Shown: positions 1-14,269, counted from the first letter of the whole stretch. The stretch is 63,967 nucleotides of DNA, filler included, from Octopus bimaculoides (GCF_001194135.2; 11 parts of 9 records of this genome joined end to end with filler, not necessarily neighbours in it); one strand, 5' to 3'. Program-made: numbers and translations. Notes: generated from the sequence alone by a model not told the origin.

Positions 1-1527
1 ATATATATGTGTGTATATATATATAAAGATATATAATTTATTTGCTGTATGTATGGAAATCTATATACACATATATATTTACATATTGATATTAATAGGT
101 ACCGATATATAAATCTAAATATATTATGAAAGTAAAACGTATATTAATTTCGTTTATCCTGACTTTACCATGAAGTTGATCGAAGTTAAAGCGAGTGGTA
201 CTGTGAACGTAAAATATTCTAAGATTACATTAGAGAAGCATATTTATATAACGTCACACGGAGTAAAAAAAAAACTTTCAAATAATGCTGACTCTCGTTG
301 TGAAGAAATATACGAAAGATCTCAAATTACTAAAATTGAATTAGAAATCTGTAAAAGTGGACAAACGTTAATGAGAACAATAATAATGTTAAAGAATACC
401 ATGAAACATATCTCCGTGAAGCACTGTGGAGAATATTTCCTGTGAAATCAATTTTCATCAGCGAGCACAATGATGAAGAAGCAATATTTAATTTTGATGT
501 ATTTATGATTAAATATAATTAACTAAAATATAAAAATGTATTTCATGTTGTCTCCCCAATTAGCATCATGTTAAATCATATCTAGAACAATTTAGTGTTA
601 TGGTGAAAATATAAACTAGTAACAATTACTAAATTTTGGCGCGACTAAAAGTAAAGAGAAACAAAACGAAATGCAATAAATATTCGAGGAAAATTGAAAT
701 TAGATATTAAATAGTGTTTTTAAATTATCAAAATGTTTATAATATTTTAAAAAACAGTTTTAAACAGAAGTCGAATAACGACTGTAGCAAATGAAATATT
801 CTTTATCGAATTACTGCAAAAATCAATGAAATTTACTGAAGGAAATGCAAGATTGGCAATAAGTATGCTGTTAATAATTCACTTAGTTCAGACATGCGCA
901 TCATGCATAGATATGTAGGGGTATGTATTCTAGCTAGGCAACAAAAAAGTAGAAGTTTAAGTAAAACTCCTGTAATATGTCAATGAAAATGCAATGTTTT
1001 TAGAATAAAGTTGTGAAGTTATGAATAATAATAGTTTCGAATTTAAGCGGGGTAACCTAGGGGGAAAGAAGGATGCGGTAAGAAAAAAATGGTAGGATAC
1101 TCGTGAGGAACACAAATACAAAAAAGAAAGCCCTTCAGCCAGGTCGAACAAACATGCATATATTAAAACGGTAGGTGAAAGACATACACCTATTCTAAAC
1201 AATACGTATGATTGATTGCTTCAGCGTTTGTGGGTGTGTGAAAGAGTGTACGTGCGTATATGTAGTTGTGTGGCTGTTTCTGCTTATTATTGTTTTGCAA
1301 TAAAAGGGATCCTTAAATATTAATCTCTTATACATTTGGCAAAGCAATGTTTATAATAGAATGCGTAAGCCTGTCGAAACGTCATGGTCAATTTGCTACA
1401 GTATGCTTACATTATGGTGGATACATCTCATTTAAGATCATGCATGTATTCGTATACACACACATACATGCACACACACACATATATACCTATATATGTA
1501 TATGTATGAATATATGTTTCCGTATAT

Positions 1528-1644
<117 letters not shown>

Positions 1645-1863
1645 AATGTATTTATATATACATAAATATATAAGACATGATACAACGAATAACATTACTG
1701 TTTAATAACCACCTTTGTTTCTTCATTATTGTTGCGACAATCATCATTGTTGAGTAATATATCTTATACTGCATGTATCTTTATACTATAAAAAATATAC
1801 ATAATAATGATGATGATGATAGGAACAACAAGAACAACAACAAGAACAACAACAATAATAATA

Positions 1864-1935
<72 letters not shown>

Positions 1936-2719
1936 TGTAATATAATATAATATCACAATCTTTATAGTCATTAGTGGGTAAAAATCTATAATTATTAACA
2001 CACTATAATTATTATTGAAGAAGATTAATTTTGTTGCAAAAATACAAAAAAGTAAATATTCACAGAATTATACAAAAAAACAAACAAAAGGAACAAAAAA
2101 AAAAAAGAAAAAGACCAACAGAAAGTGAATTGAATATTTTTAAATAAAATTAATAAATAACACTTGAATATTATCGTATTTTATGTGAAGATGGAAGTGA
2201 TATTTTCTGGAAAATTTTAATTATATCACTTTTTCGTGTATATTATTTATTTATTCATATATTTTTACCTGTTTTGGTATAGGATGATATTCTGCATTAA
2301 AAGAAACAAACAAAAATATTTTTAAAAAAATTAAATCATAAAAATATGAGAAGGATGAACCAGTCAACAAATAAACAAAATTATGATTAAAAAAAAGTCA
2401 GACATATTTCAATGCTATTGTTTAATGAGTATAATAAATGCTAAAACTTTTGTTAAAAATCAAAACTACATTACAAATATAACAAACTTTCAAAAAGTCT
2501 AAACACCAAAGACTATTCTAATAAATTCCAGTTATGAATGATTAAAACTCAGCGTAACATAGTATTAAAGATCTGCTATACAGTATATTGAGTAATTATA
2601 AAATAATAAAATAAAGATTCTCAAAGAGGAGACGATGTAAAGTTGCGCTTATTTCTTTACAACATCTGAAGATTCGAAACAAATTGAAGCCGGAACAACC
2701 GTTGTGTGTGTGAGTGTGC

Positions 2720-2756
<37 letters not shown>

Positions 2757-3078
2757 CATACATACATACATACATGCATACATACATACATATATATAGG
2801 AGAGTGTATGTATATATGTATATATGTACCAATGCATACATATGTATATATGTTTATGTGTATATATATATATATATATACATACATATATGTAGAGGCA
2901 TACATATATACTTAAGTATAGATGCATATATATACATGCTTATATATCCGTGTATGTATGCACATATTCACACGAACTCATACATATGCAGAAGCACACA
3001 CATATTTAGTCATATAATATGATTTATATATACGCATATACGCATATATGCATATATGCATATATATANNNNNNNNNN

Positions 3079-3123
<45 letters not shown>

Positions 3124-3329
3124 TGTGTGAGTATCCACAGCACATACCTATAGTTAATGTTGCATACAGGAGCACATATTCACGCGCATATACAGATACA
3201 TACACGCCTTCATCTATTTACTTGTGCATGTAAATGTTATCCTCCTCCTATTGTTAATAATTATTCTTTATGTACTTCCAAGCCAAATAATTGATCGTCA
3301 TTATATTATCTTTGAATTAAATTATTGAC

Positions 3330-3900
3330 AAAACAATGTAATAGGATTTTGTGAAGGAGATTCTTGCATTAAAATTATGGATTTGGAAATCACAGGACTC
3401 TACCAAAACAGATTTACAATTATGTAGTTTTATTGTTTCCTTCCTTTACTTTTAAAAACATTGTTGCTACCTGTGCTTTATTTTGAAATTTGCTTTGTAT
3501 TCTTTTGTCGTATATTAATGTTTTCGGTGGCTTGATCTTTTATTGTATATTGTTTCAAAGTGAATTTTATAACTCCCAAGCTTTTACTGTAGTAAATTAT
3601 TAATATAGCTGAATTGATAATGAGGAAACCATTACAAACTTTAAAATATTTCTGAATAAAAGAGTCCGTTATGAACCTTATATTCAACATTCATTTATTC
3701 AAACATTTACTCTACCTTCAACGTTTTCACTTCTACATCAATTGTTTCTACAATTTTCGCAATCTTTTGTCATTTCTCCACAGATTTAACTGGAATCACT
3801 GTCCGTTGTCTTTCTTAGGAATTTTCAGAATCTCACACACGGAATATGCTACGGTTTTCATCATATTGACAGCCTCATTTCAGTTTTTAGCGTATATTTT
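3330..3900 (-). mobile_element. Highly decayed R4/Dong-like non-LTR retrotransposon, region N-terminal to the RT
   Basis: Broken minus-strand translation (MMKTVAYSVCEILKIPKK..LNLWRNDKRLRKL..LKQYTIKDQ..QIHNFNA) resembles, from memory, the pre-RT segment of R4/Dong ORFs. Many stops and frameshifts. Confidence 0.35.
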
Positions 3901-4299
3901 CATGTGATGCTGATATTTTTGATTGTGATTGATTTTGATTTTAGACCGAATGACCATAGTGAGAAGGTTTATCAGAATATTTGATTATGTTTATTTTTAT
4001 TGCTCTGTCGAAAGCCAAGAGCGGAGAGAATAATTTGAATGTCACCAAGTGTGTGTTACAGTATTTGTTCTGGTTGAAATGTTCGCCTTTCATTAATTCA
4101 GAGATGATCAATTAAAGTGTCTGCAAAATATTGGGTTCAATATTATCGATGATATCCCTCCGTTCGAATTTGCTGACATTGTGTGTCTCATCTGAGACTT
4201 TTATTATTTACCGTTCTAAGACGGTGAGCTGGCAGACGCGTTACAGCATCGGACGAAATATGTCACAATATTTGTTCCACCTCTTAACTTTTCTTGCAA

Positions 4300-5460
4300 C
4301 GGTCCAATATAGTGCGTCTATCTTCAAATGGACTAGTGAGGAAATATCAACACTGCATAGAAACAGGAAAAAGTTGATGACGCTGCATGGGGCGAGCACT
4401 CTAAAGCAAACGAAAACAAACTGTATAGGGAAAGAAAGAATGGTGGCTGAGGACTAATTAATATAGAAGATTTTAAAAGGAGTGAAGGGAGAACGCTTGC
4501 CGAGTGTTTGATAAATAGTAATGAGCACCTGCTGAAATATGCCGCGAAAGATATGGGTGTAAATGCAGATGTAATGATGAGCCAAGCAGAGTTTAACGAA
4601 AGAGCAGAGAAGAAGAGAAAAGAAGAGCTTTTTGAAATGAAAATGCATGAACGGGTTGAAAGGAATTCACAGGACGTTAAGTATAATACAGCGTCGTGGG
4701 CATGGCTTGAGTGAGGTGGTTCGAAGCGTACCGCCGAAATCCTGATCATTGTTGCACAGGACCAGCCTCTCGCTATTCAGTGAAGTATAACCTCTATAAA
4801 ACTTCTGACACCCAGAAATGCAAACTCTGTGGAAAGAGTGTGGAAAATGCGACTCACTTGGTAAGTGGATGTGAGAGACTTGCACAAAAAGAATACAAGT
4901 ACCACCACAATAAAATGTGTGTGTATCTTCATTGGCCCATACGCTGTAAACACAAGTATGACAGAGAACGAGTAGGAGTAACACAGAAGTAGTATGAGCA
5001 TGTGCCAAGTAAATTATGCAGGATGAGGGAAAAGTAACGATACTCTGGGAATATGATTTTGAGACGGATCGTGTAAACGAACACCGTGGGCCGGATATTG
5101 TCATATTGAGTAAGAGAGAACTATACTGTCAGATCATTGATGTTGCCATACCAAATGACATGAATGTTGTGAGTAAAGAGGTTGAAAATATCACCAAGTA
5201 TTCCAAATTAAAAGTGGAAATGGCAAAACTGTACGGAATGCAAAAAGGGTAATGTAAAAGTGATGGGCTCAATCCTATTGAAACTTCAAGACTTTTTAAA
5301 TCACCTGGAACTCCCATGCAACATTGATGCCTTGCAAGAGGCAGCCATATTGAGCACAATACACATCTTAAGGAAAGTATTATCTGTCTGGGGTACTTGT
5401 TGTGACTTGACGGATGTCTAAAAACTCCGGTGCAATTTTACCTTCACTGTGTTCCGAACA
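4300..5460 (+). mobile_element. 5'-truncated R4/Dong-clade RLE non-LTR retrotransposon (RT C-terminus, CCHC knuckle, restriction-like endonuclease) ending in (TAA)n
   Basis: ORF pieces 4508-4714, 4711-4992 (CKLCGKSVENATHLVSGC = CX2CX8HX4C knuckle) and 5016-5252 (ILWEYDFETDRVNEHRGPDIVILSKRELYCQIIDVAIP = PD..D RLE motif). The terminal QEAAILSTIHILRKVL is followed by a short 3' UTR running into (AAT)n at 5461. Confidence 0.85.
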
Positions 5461-5522
<62 letters not shown>

Positions 5523-5829
5523 TAGTAATTATTATTATTATTATTATTTTATGTTTGACTTTTGTTTTGCATTTGTACAAGTTAGATCCAAGTCTCACCC
5601 AGAGACCTCAAGAGACAACAAGTTAGAAGTTCATGTAGGTGTTATGCCTAGGGTACCATATATTTGGATTTGTACAGTTTTGTTCAAGTGAATGTTTAAG
5701 AAACCATAAGAAAATTATGTGTTTGCTTTNNNNNNNNNNNNNNNNNNNNNNNNNNNNNNNNNNNNNNNNNNNNTTAATTAATTAANNNNNNNNNNNNNNN
5801 NNNNNNNNNNNNNNNNNNNNNNNNNNNNN

Positions 5830-7049
5830 ACACACTTTAGATAATTGTAAAGTAGGTGTTTATTAAAATACATTTCGTTTTCAAAATTTAATAGAGTATA
5901 CAGACATTATTTTGTTTTAAAACCGACGTCCGTTCTGGTCCAGGTACTGCCGACAACGCGAAGCAATGGAATCGCAAGCATCATGAAACAATTCGTTTAG
6001 TATTTGTGTGCATTCTTGTTCAATGGCTGCTCTCAAATCAGCGACTGTTTTATAGCGTAGACTTTGTCTTTTAGGTATCCCCATAACATGTCTAGTGGTG
6101 TGAGGTCTGGTGTACGTGGAAGGTAGTCAACGAAATCCCTTCGTCCAATCCACCTGTTTAGCAAGATCTCATCAAGGAAGGATCTAACATCGCGATGGTA
6201 GTGTGGAGGTGCCCCATCTTGCTGAAAACAAAACTCCTCATCTTCAAAGTCTTCTCTAATGCTTGGCAAGACAGACTGTTGCATCAAGTTCAACTAAATG
6301 GGACCAGTCACAGTAGCTTAAAAAAAGAATGGTCCAATTAATCCTCTTGATAATAAGCCACACCACACTGTAACTTCTGGTAAATTAACATATTGTTCCA
6401 CCGTAACATGCAGATTTTTCAGGTCCCCAGTAGGTGCAATTTTGGCGGTTAATTGAACCATTTAATTTGAATGTGGCCTTTTCACTCCACACAATCTTCA
6501 TTGGAAAGTGTGCATCTTCTACACGCCGTGCCAAGTACCACTCACAATACTGTACTCTTCGGTCTGGATCATCATCATTAGTAGCATGGACTAATATTGG
6601 AACGTAACTTTTCCATTGACAATGCTTCAAAAGGTGCTGGACAGACGATTTTGATATACCTACCTCAAGACTCGCTTGCCGCATAGATATTTTTGGTCAT
6701 TGGTGATACGTTTCCAGCAGGTCTTCTTGGTTTGTGGGGGTTGTCGATGTTTGTGGTCTTCCGGAACGCTTCTCGTAAACATTCTGAAAAGTTCCATCGG
6801 CTTTAAACTTATCTCTAATTTGGGTGATGGGAAGTCAGACTGGTGGATCAGTTTGAAACTCCCTCCTAAACTGTCTTTGTACTTCAACTGCGTTTTCACA
6901 CATTCAGTAGAATTTTAGAATGAATTTCCTTTGTTCAAAAGTTTAGTCAATCTGCCATCATTAATTCCACTGGGTTTCATCCGGAAAAAAGAAACATCAA
7001 TTGAGTTATCAGATGCTAAAGTGTGTATGCATTTTTGGGGGACACCCTG
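5830..7049 (-). mobile_element. Near-complete decayed Tc1/mariner-superfamily transposon (maT/DD37D-like)
   Basis: ORFs 6385-6684 ([24 protein letters not shown]) and 6033-6293 (FQQDGAPPHY..PRTPDLTPLDMLWGYLKDKVY). The right TIR ctaaagtgtgtatgcatttttgggggacaccctg (7017-7049) is followed by TA. The left TIR remnant acacactttag (5830-5840) emerges from the gap. Confidence 0.85.
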
Positions 7050-7074
7050 TATATGTATATGAGTATATATGTTT

Positions 7075-7270
7075 ATGTGTCTGTGTTGTCTCCCACAACC
7101 GTTTGACAACTGGTGTATTTACGTCTCCATAGCTTAGCGGTTCGGCAAAACAGTAACATAGAATAAGTACTACACTTACAAAGAATAAGAATAAGTCCTG
7201 GGGTCTGTTTGTTCGACTGAGGCGGTGCTCCAGCATGGCCACAGTCAAATGACTGAAACAAGTAAAAGAA
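7075..7270 (+). mobile_element. SINE family A, 3' half
   Basis: Shares ...cttagcggttcggcaaaa...aggcggtgctccagcatggcc(a/g)cagtcaaatgactgaaacaagtaaaaga with many other copies in the window. Confidence 0.8.
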
Positions 7271-7310
7271 TAAGTGCGTGTATCTATATATATGTATGTA
7301 TGAATGCCTG

Positions 7311-7345
<35 letters not shown>

Positions 7346-7525
7346 ATACACATATATATACATATATATATATACATACATATGTAATATATGTGATATG
7401 TATGTATATATGTTTATGTACATATATGTGCGTGTGTGTATATAAATATGCATAAATATACGCATACTCATGTACATATACAAATATATACGTGTATGTA
7501 TATGTATATGTATATGTATATAAAT

Positions 7526-7770
7526 TCTTTTATTCTTTTACTTGTTTTAGTCATTTGACTGCGGCCATGCTGGAGCACCACCTTTAGTCGAGCAAATCGC
7601 TCCAGGACTTATACTTTGCAAAGCTAGTACTTATTCTATCGGTCTCTTTTGCCGAACCGCTAAGTTCCGGGAACGTAAACACACCAGCATCGGTTGTGAA
7701 GCGATGTTGGGGTGGGGACAAACATAGAGACACAAACACACACACACACACAGACATGCAAGCACACACA

Positions 7771-7810
<40 letters not shown>

Positions 7811-7970
7811 GACGGGCTTCTTTCAGTTTCCGTGTACCAAATCCACTCACAGTGCTTTGGTCGATCCGAGGCTATAGTAGAAGACACTTGTCTAAAGTGC
7901 CACGCAATGGGACTGAACCCGGAACCATGTGGTTGGTAAGCAAACTAATTACTACACTGCCACTCCTGCA
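7526..7970 (-). mobile_element. SINE family A, full length (tRNA-like head, internal CA/TA repeat)
   Basis: Minus-strand head gcaggagtggcagtgtgtag..ttccgggttcagtccc with A/B-box-like motifs. The body matches copies at 14864, 22143, 31307 and 32145. Confidence 0.85.
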
Positions 7971-8066
7971 TGTATATATATGCATGTGTGTATATTTATA
8001 TATGTAAATGTATATATGTATGCATGTACGCATAAATATACATGTGCAAAAACACACAGAAACATA

Positions 8067-8112
<46 letters not shown>

Positions 8113-8593
8113 GTTTTGACGAATGGCCATCGCAGTTTCAAGGGAATTTTTCTAAAGTCTTAAAAGCGTCTTCAGACAGACAATAAGAACGTTTTTGATG
8201 ACAGTTGAAAAGAAAAGCTTTTCTTAAGTTAATAGTTATCTATGGTGTGCGATGTGTAATAAAAATTCGTGTGGTAAAAAATTTTGGACTATAAACATGT
8301 CTTTGCATATAGTTACTATTATTCTAAAACAATTCTTCTGTAGTACACGCGAGTCACCTTGCTGGATACAAGACTAGAAAAAAAGATACCAATAACCGAC
8401 GTTTTAGAATCAGACATTATCGAAGGTGAACAATAAGCTGTAGTCACACCAACTACATACTATGCGGCACTGACTAAAACATAATGGAGACACTCCGATC
8501 CATCTTCTTCGATGGAAATTAATAATTTTACAGCTTGAGCTTGAACCCAAGAGGCTGTGGGAGACATGCCGCTACTGTAAACGACTATATAGA

Positions 8594-8761
8594 CGCAGGC
8601 GTAGCTGTTGTGGCTAAGATAACTTACTTCCCGACCATGTAATCATGACTTCAGCCTCACTAAACGGCATCTTGGCAAATGTCTTCTGCTGTAGTTCCGG
8701 GCCGACCAGAACCTTGTGAGAAGATCTGTTGACGGAAACTGAAAGAAGTCCGTCATATATA
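8594..8761 (+). mobile_element. SINE family A, 5' half, interrupted at a TA by a mariner-like element
   Basis: caggcgtagctgttgtggctaaga..gacggaaactgaaagaagtccgtcatatata, followed directly by the transposon terminus. Confidence 0.7.
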
Positions 8762-9365
8762 CAGGTTGTTTGGGTAAAATTGCATAAAAGGGAAAGGGAA
8801 CACAATATCTTATTCAAAATTTAAAATTCATAAAACATAAACTACATTAAGGCTGAGAGATAACAGTTGACTCAAAATAGCCGCCCTTATTTCCATAATG
8901 GCTTCAAGATGGCTCTGGAAACTGGCGTATGCGTCCATCACTGTCTCTGGAAAGGTCTTTGAATACCTCCTTGATCTTAGCCAGCAGCCCGACCTTGGTA
9001 TTGCACGCAGAGTGGTTTGTGTCTTTATGAACTGCACCCCACATAAGATTATATTCAGGAGAATTAGGCCATTAGAATTTAGGTGTTGATGAAATCGTAG
9101 AAATTCACCGACGACTACTGCTGACTCTTTCTGGAGGGCAAAGAGCCGAATCCTGATGTCAAACATATGGCCTTCCAGCAACAATCCTCTCCGGTCAAGT
9201 ATTGACTGCTGTCTCCAGCAGCTTCATATAGCTGCCTTTTATCGGTTGTTGAATAAATCCCGGTGAACGCAGTCAGAATGCCTGCTGTGTCCCTTCCGAT
9301 TGGCCACGGTTGCATAGTCTCCGTTGTAGCTGTCCACGTCACGTTATGCTGCCTTTACAGTGTTC
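8762..9365 (-). mobile_element. Tc1/mariner (maT/DD37D-like) transposase 3' fragment with terminus
   Basis: TA followed by caggttgtttgggtaaaattgc terminus. The minus strand encodes decayed QDSAL and PNSPE..LDY..WGAVHK motifs resembling WPPNSPDLNPLDY. Confidence 0.7.
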
Positions 9366-9456
9366 ACAGAGGACTGAGCAGTAATCATAATAGCATTTTT
9401 ATTATGGTGCGAATCGACATGATACAGGTAACTGTTTTCCAATATCCCTATGGCAT

Positions 9457-9670
9457 AAGGTGGTGAGCTGGTTGAATCGTTAGAGCGTGAGCAAAATGCT
9501 TAGCGGCATTTCGTCCATCATTACTTTCTGCGTTCAAATCCTGCCCATGTCGGCTTTTCCTTTCATCGTTTCAAGATCGATGAAATAATTACCAGTTGCT
9601 CACTGGGGTCAGTGTAATCGACTAAACCTCTTGTCCGAAGTTACTGGCCTTATGCCAAAATTTGAAATCA
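9457..9670 (+). mobile_element. SINE family B (Meta/MESC-like central domain)
   Basis: aaggtggtgagctgg head, then gtcggcttttcctttcatcgtttcaagatcgatgaaataattaccag and gtaatcgact. Matches the copies at 62609-63275. Confidence 0.75.
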
Positions 9671-9845
9671 ATATTCATATAGATTCCCGTCCTCCATGTT
9701 AGTCAACTATTTCTCAAATATAACTTTAATTTTTTTGCTTCCTAACACCGTTGACTATTCAGCAATATATCCAGCAGTTCCCCCCAAAAAAGAGAAAACA
9801 TACAATATCTTCAAATTTAGCCCTAACACCATGTGTATATGTATA

Positions 9846-9886
<41 letters not shown>

Positions 9887-9917
9887 ATAAATAATATATA
9901 TATACATATATATGTGT

Positions 9918-10271
9918 GTGTTGGCACTCCGTCGCTTACGATGTCGGGGGTTCCAGTTGATCCGATCAACGGAACAGCCTGCTCGTGAAATTAACGTGCA
10001 AGTGGCTGAGCACTCCACAGACACGTGTACCCTTAACGTAGTTCACGGGGATATTTAGCGTGACAGTGTGACAATGCTGACCCTTTGAATTACAGGCACA
10101 ACAGAAACAAGAAAGTAAAAGAAAGTTGTGGTGAAAGAGAACAGCAGGGTTCGCCACCATCCCCTGCCGGAGCCTCGTGGAGCTTTAGGTGTTTTCGCTC
10201 AATATACACTCACAGCGCCCGGTCTGGGAATCGAAACCGTGATCCTATGACCGCGAGTTCACTGCCCTAAC
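9918..10271 (-). mobile_element. SINE family C (tRNA-like head)
   Basis: Minus-strand head gttagggcagtgaactcgcggtcataggatcacggtttcgattcccagacc contains a B-box. The 3' body is shared with 18617-18870. Confidence 0.75.
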
Positions 10272-10739
10272 NNNNNNNNNNNNNNNNNNNNNNNNNNNNN
10301 NNNNNNNNNNNNNNNTTAATTAATTAANNNNNNNNNNNNNNNNNNNNNNNNNNNNNNNNNNNNNNNNNNNNCAGCGCAAAAAGTTTGTTTTGCACAAGCA
10401 TTTCTATAGCCAATTACACGGATGAAATTTACGTATGCTTAATAATTTTACGCAAAACAGCCTTCAGACTTTCCCTATTAATTTCATCGTCTTTTGAATT
10501 ATGAACATATTTACATCATAAGGGTTTTTTCGTTGTAAGGCTTTCTTTTTTAGTTGATTTTCAGCTAGCAAGACTTTTCGTAGATGGCATAAGTCACACC
10601 CGGACAAGGTCGGGTTATACTGCTAGTATATATATATATATATATCTGTATATATATATTTATATACATATGTATATAATACAAGCCATATGTGACAAAT
10701 CTGTCCCATTGTGCAAGGCCAACATACACAAAAACAGGA

Positions 10740-12420
10740 TCCTAGAAAAAGGAACATTCTTATGAGACGATGGAGAAAGATTGCGAACCGCCTGAGCAAG
10801 CATCCCAAATGTGGCATGAAGTCTCGTCTGGAGAGAGTGCTGCCACATTACCTAAAACCAAAGAGGTTAAGAAAATTGAATACATAAACATTGATGAAGA
10901 ACATGTAATACTGGCCATAGATGAAATTGACACAACCTCAGCAGCTGGCTCGGCTGGGTTTCCATCGGTCCTGCTCAAATCATGCAAGCGAGCTCTTACA
11001 AAACCATTACAGCTTCCCTTTCATAGCTTCCTTGCAAGTGGTAAGCTCCCAGACAAACTGAAGGACGGGATAATATGCCCTATCCATAAGGGAGGAAGCA
11101 GAGCAGGTGCTAAAAATTATAGGCCTATCTCTCTGACTTCACACATCAGTAACGTCATGGAATGAATAGTCCACAAGAAGCTAATCATGTTCCTAGAAGA
11201 AAATGACTTGCTGACTGACACCTAGAATAGATTTCATCCGGGTAGAAGCTGTCTGACACAGCTCCTGCAACACTATGACTAGGTGTTAAAACAGCTACTG
11301 AATAACTCAAGCGTGGGTGTGATAAAGTTGACCATCATATGATATGTCACAAACTGCATGATCTCGGCATATTCGGAAAACTTGGAGAATGGCTGCACAA
11401 CTTTCGAAAGGATAGACGTCAGGCAGTAGTGGCCAATGTCCTGGGGCCAGTGCTGTTCATAGTGGCCCACTCAGACATATCCTTGGCTGCTCAGATAGCT
11501 ACCCTTGCTAGCTATGCAGATGACACAAAAGTCTCTAAGACAATACAAAATCCTGGAAATATTGCACATCTGGAATGGGAGTTGGACGCAATATATATAG
11601 GTGGACTGAGGACAACAACATGCAGTTTAATGCAGGAAAATTCCAGGCACTACGCTACCAACACACAAAGCTAACCGATGATACACTGGCCCAGGAGGAA
11701 TTGAAATCCCTGAATCAAAATCAGTGCATGACCTGGGCATTGACGTGATGCATCTTTCCAAGTGCATATTACCAATTTGGTAATAAAATGCAGACAGCTG
11801 GCTGGATGGATCCACCAAACTTTCAAAACAAGAGAAAAGGAGACATTGATGATCCTTTAGAGGACATACGTTCTAAACCACTTAGACTATTGCTCCCAGA
11901 TATGGTCTGCACACAATAAAAAATCCAAGGCAGAACTCGAAGCAATCCAATGAAGCTATACTAAAAAAATCGTCTCGATGCAATGTGTCAGCTACTGGGA
12001 AAGACTTAAAGAATTAAAGAATTAAAACTCTTCTCCCTGGAATAAAGGCAGGAGAGATACACAGTGATGTACATCTTGAACCAATCTTTGGCATTGAAAG
12101 TTATTCAAACTGCTGAACGGGGCACCACTGCATAGTGACAAAGTTCCCAGCATCGCCATCAAAATACAGGACTAGATACTGCAATGGCTTGGGCTTTTAG
12201 GACCCACAACATTTTAATATCCTTCCAAAATGTCTGATAGACCTGCATGGTGTGGATGTAAGTGTCTTAAAAACAAAACTGGATCTCTTCCTGTTACAGG
12301 TTCCAGATAAGCCTACCTCATGGCAGGAAACAAAGATGAGGGTAGCAGCATCAAACTTCTTCATTGACAAAATGCCACATATTAGAGGAGGTTCCAAATA
12401 ATGGTGCAGGTCAGACAATG
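10740..12420 (+). mobile_element. Decayed CR1/Jockey-superfamily LINE reverse transcriptase
   Basis: ORFs 10770-11165 (IICPIHKGGSRAGAKNYRPISLTSHIS) and 11339-11674 (LGPVLFIV..LASYADDTKV) give RT domains including YADD. Closely similar to 43640-44760. Confidence 0.9.
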
Positions 12421-12539
12421 TTGGTGCTCTAGCAGGACCGCAGCTTTGCAGCTGAAAAATTAAAAAAAAATATATACATACATATATATACATATATATA
12501 TGTATATATAAATACACAGATGCATGTATATATATATAT

Positions 12540-12805
12540 ACTCCTTTACTCTTATACTTGTTTCAGTCATTTGACTGTGGCCATGCTGGAGCACCACCTT
12601 TAGTCGAGCAAATCGACCCCAGGACTTATTCTTTGGATGCCTAGTACTTATTCTATCGGTCTCTTTTGCCGAACCGCTAAGTTACGGGGACATAAACACA
12701 CCAGCATCGGTTGTCAAGCGATGTTGGGGGGACAGACACAGACATACAAACATATACACACACATACATATATATATATACATATATACGACGGGCTTTT
12801 TTCAG
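12540..12805 (-). mobile_element. SINE family A, 3' half running into a gap
   Basis: ttgtttcagtcatttgactgtggccatgctggagcaccacctttagtcgagcaaatcgaccccagg... Confidence 0.85.
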
Positions 12806-12905
12806 NNNNNNNNNNNNNNNNNNNNNNNNNNNNNNNNNNNNNNNNNNNNTTAATTAATTAANNNNNNNNNNNNNNNNNNNNNNNNNNNNNNNNNNNNNNN
12901 NNNNN

Positions 12906-14170
12906 CTATTTTTCATTACTTGTTACTCCTATTAAAAATTTTAAATGGCTCAAAATATTTTTGCACTTCAAAAAAATTCATTTTTTAAAATTATTAATTG
13001 ATTATTAGATATTTAAAAATAGGTTATAAAAAATAGTAGTAGTACATAATTAGTACACTAAATAGAATAATACAAAAATTAGTTATATATTACAGTAAAA
13101 TCTACCTATAACAACAAATTCACAGTAAAATTTGCTTGAGTTATTGCCAAGTCTTCACATTTTTAGTCTTGACCCAATGCCTATTTTTTACACAATGAAT
13201 TTACCTACCATATATACTATTCTACTTTGCATAAAACTTTAGCTATATTGGTACTTCTGGCTCTCATTTTTTAAGTATTCTAGTGTATCCGGATTTTAAT
13301 AAAATGATGGTACTTTTTTAATTATGATATTACTTCGTAGTTGAAATCAAATAATTTTTAATATTCAATTTTATCCTTAGCTGAAATATTTTAAGTAAAA
13401 ATGTTCTTGTTCTGTACTTTAGTAGATTTAATAAGTTGTCCTGAACTTTTCCATGTGTAATAACTTGTCCTGTAATTTTCCAGATTTGTAATCTTAAGAA
13501 TATTATTTCTCCTGCTCGTATTTTTCCTTGTAATCCATTTTCCAGGCTATGCTATTATGCTAATTAATAATGTGTCAAATGTGTCAATTTGCGTTGTCGT
13601 AGATAATTTTTTCCTTACCTTAATGACGCCGGTGACATATATCAAAAGTCCTCTACTAGAACTATATTCATTAAAAAAATTATGTATATTATCACCCTCA
13701 AATTTGAGAAACAAACACTCATAACTTTTTTTTCTTTTAAAACTCCATTGTCATGAAATTCCTCGAATTTAAGCTCTATCATTTAAACCTAATTAAAATA
13801 TAGTCTGTTTTTTAAATGCAAAAGTTTATTATACTTAAATCCAATTTTTTTGCATTACTTATATTTTTCCATGATGTTTTACCTCACAACTTGTTTTATA
13901 CAAATTTTTGTTGCATGGGAAGTGAACTATGAAATTCTTCATGCCTTCTTCTATCATTGAAGCTAAGATAGATATATTTTGCTTTTGAAATAAAAAAGTT
14001 ATTTAGATCTAAACTTGATTGGTGCCGTTACTTACTCTCCTATAACGTTGCTACAAATGTTGATGTTTAGTTTTTTCTACTAGATCCAGTTTCAATTTTT
14101 TATGCCAAAATTTAGCTAGGAACCAGCCCTCTTCAAAAATTTTAGCAGTTTACAATTTGGTTAAGAACTG
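12906..14170 (-). other. Very AT-rich non-microsatellite block, possibly a decayed L1/Tx1-type ORF2 3' end
   Basis: The minus strand gives ECLFLKFEGDNIHNFFNEYS near 13640-13720, a degenerate resemblance to the C-terminal CxxC..H..C motif of L1/Tx1 ORF2. No intact ORF. Confidence 0.2.
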
Positions 14171-14269
14171 AATTAGCGACATGCTCTGAAAGGTGTTACA
14201 TGTAAGTAAATTTCAGTCTTAAGAATATTATTCAAATATTTCTGTAGTTGAATGATTATATGTAGGCAC

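Noticed and set aside
2660-2685. ctgaaga-ttc-gaaac hammerhead-like string
   Set aside because: There is no stem II between the boxes and no stem I or III pairing. At best a deleted Penelope remnant.
5774-5785. Recurrent TTAATTAATTAA islands between N runs (also near 10316, 12850, 19991, 41540, 51222, 52733, 57176, 60058, 62041)
   Set aside because: Always flanked by Ns on both sides, so this is a scaffolding or gap-marker artefact and not biology.
12906-14170. Possible mitochondrial insertion (NUMT), suggested by extreme AT content
   Set aside because: No recognisable mitochondrial protein, rRNA or tRNA motifs on either strand. A decayed LINE is more plausible.
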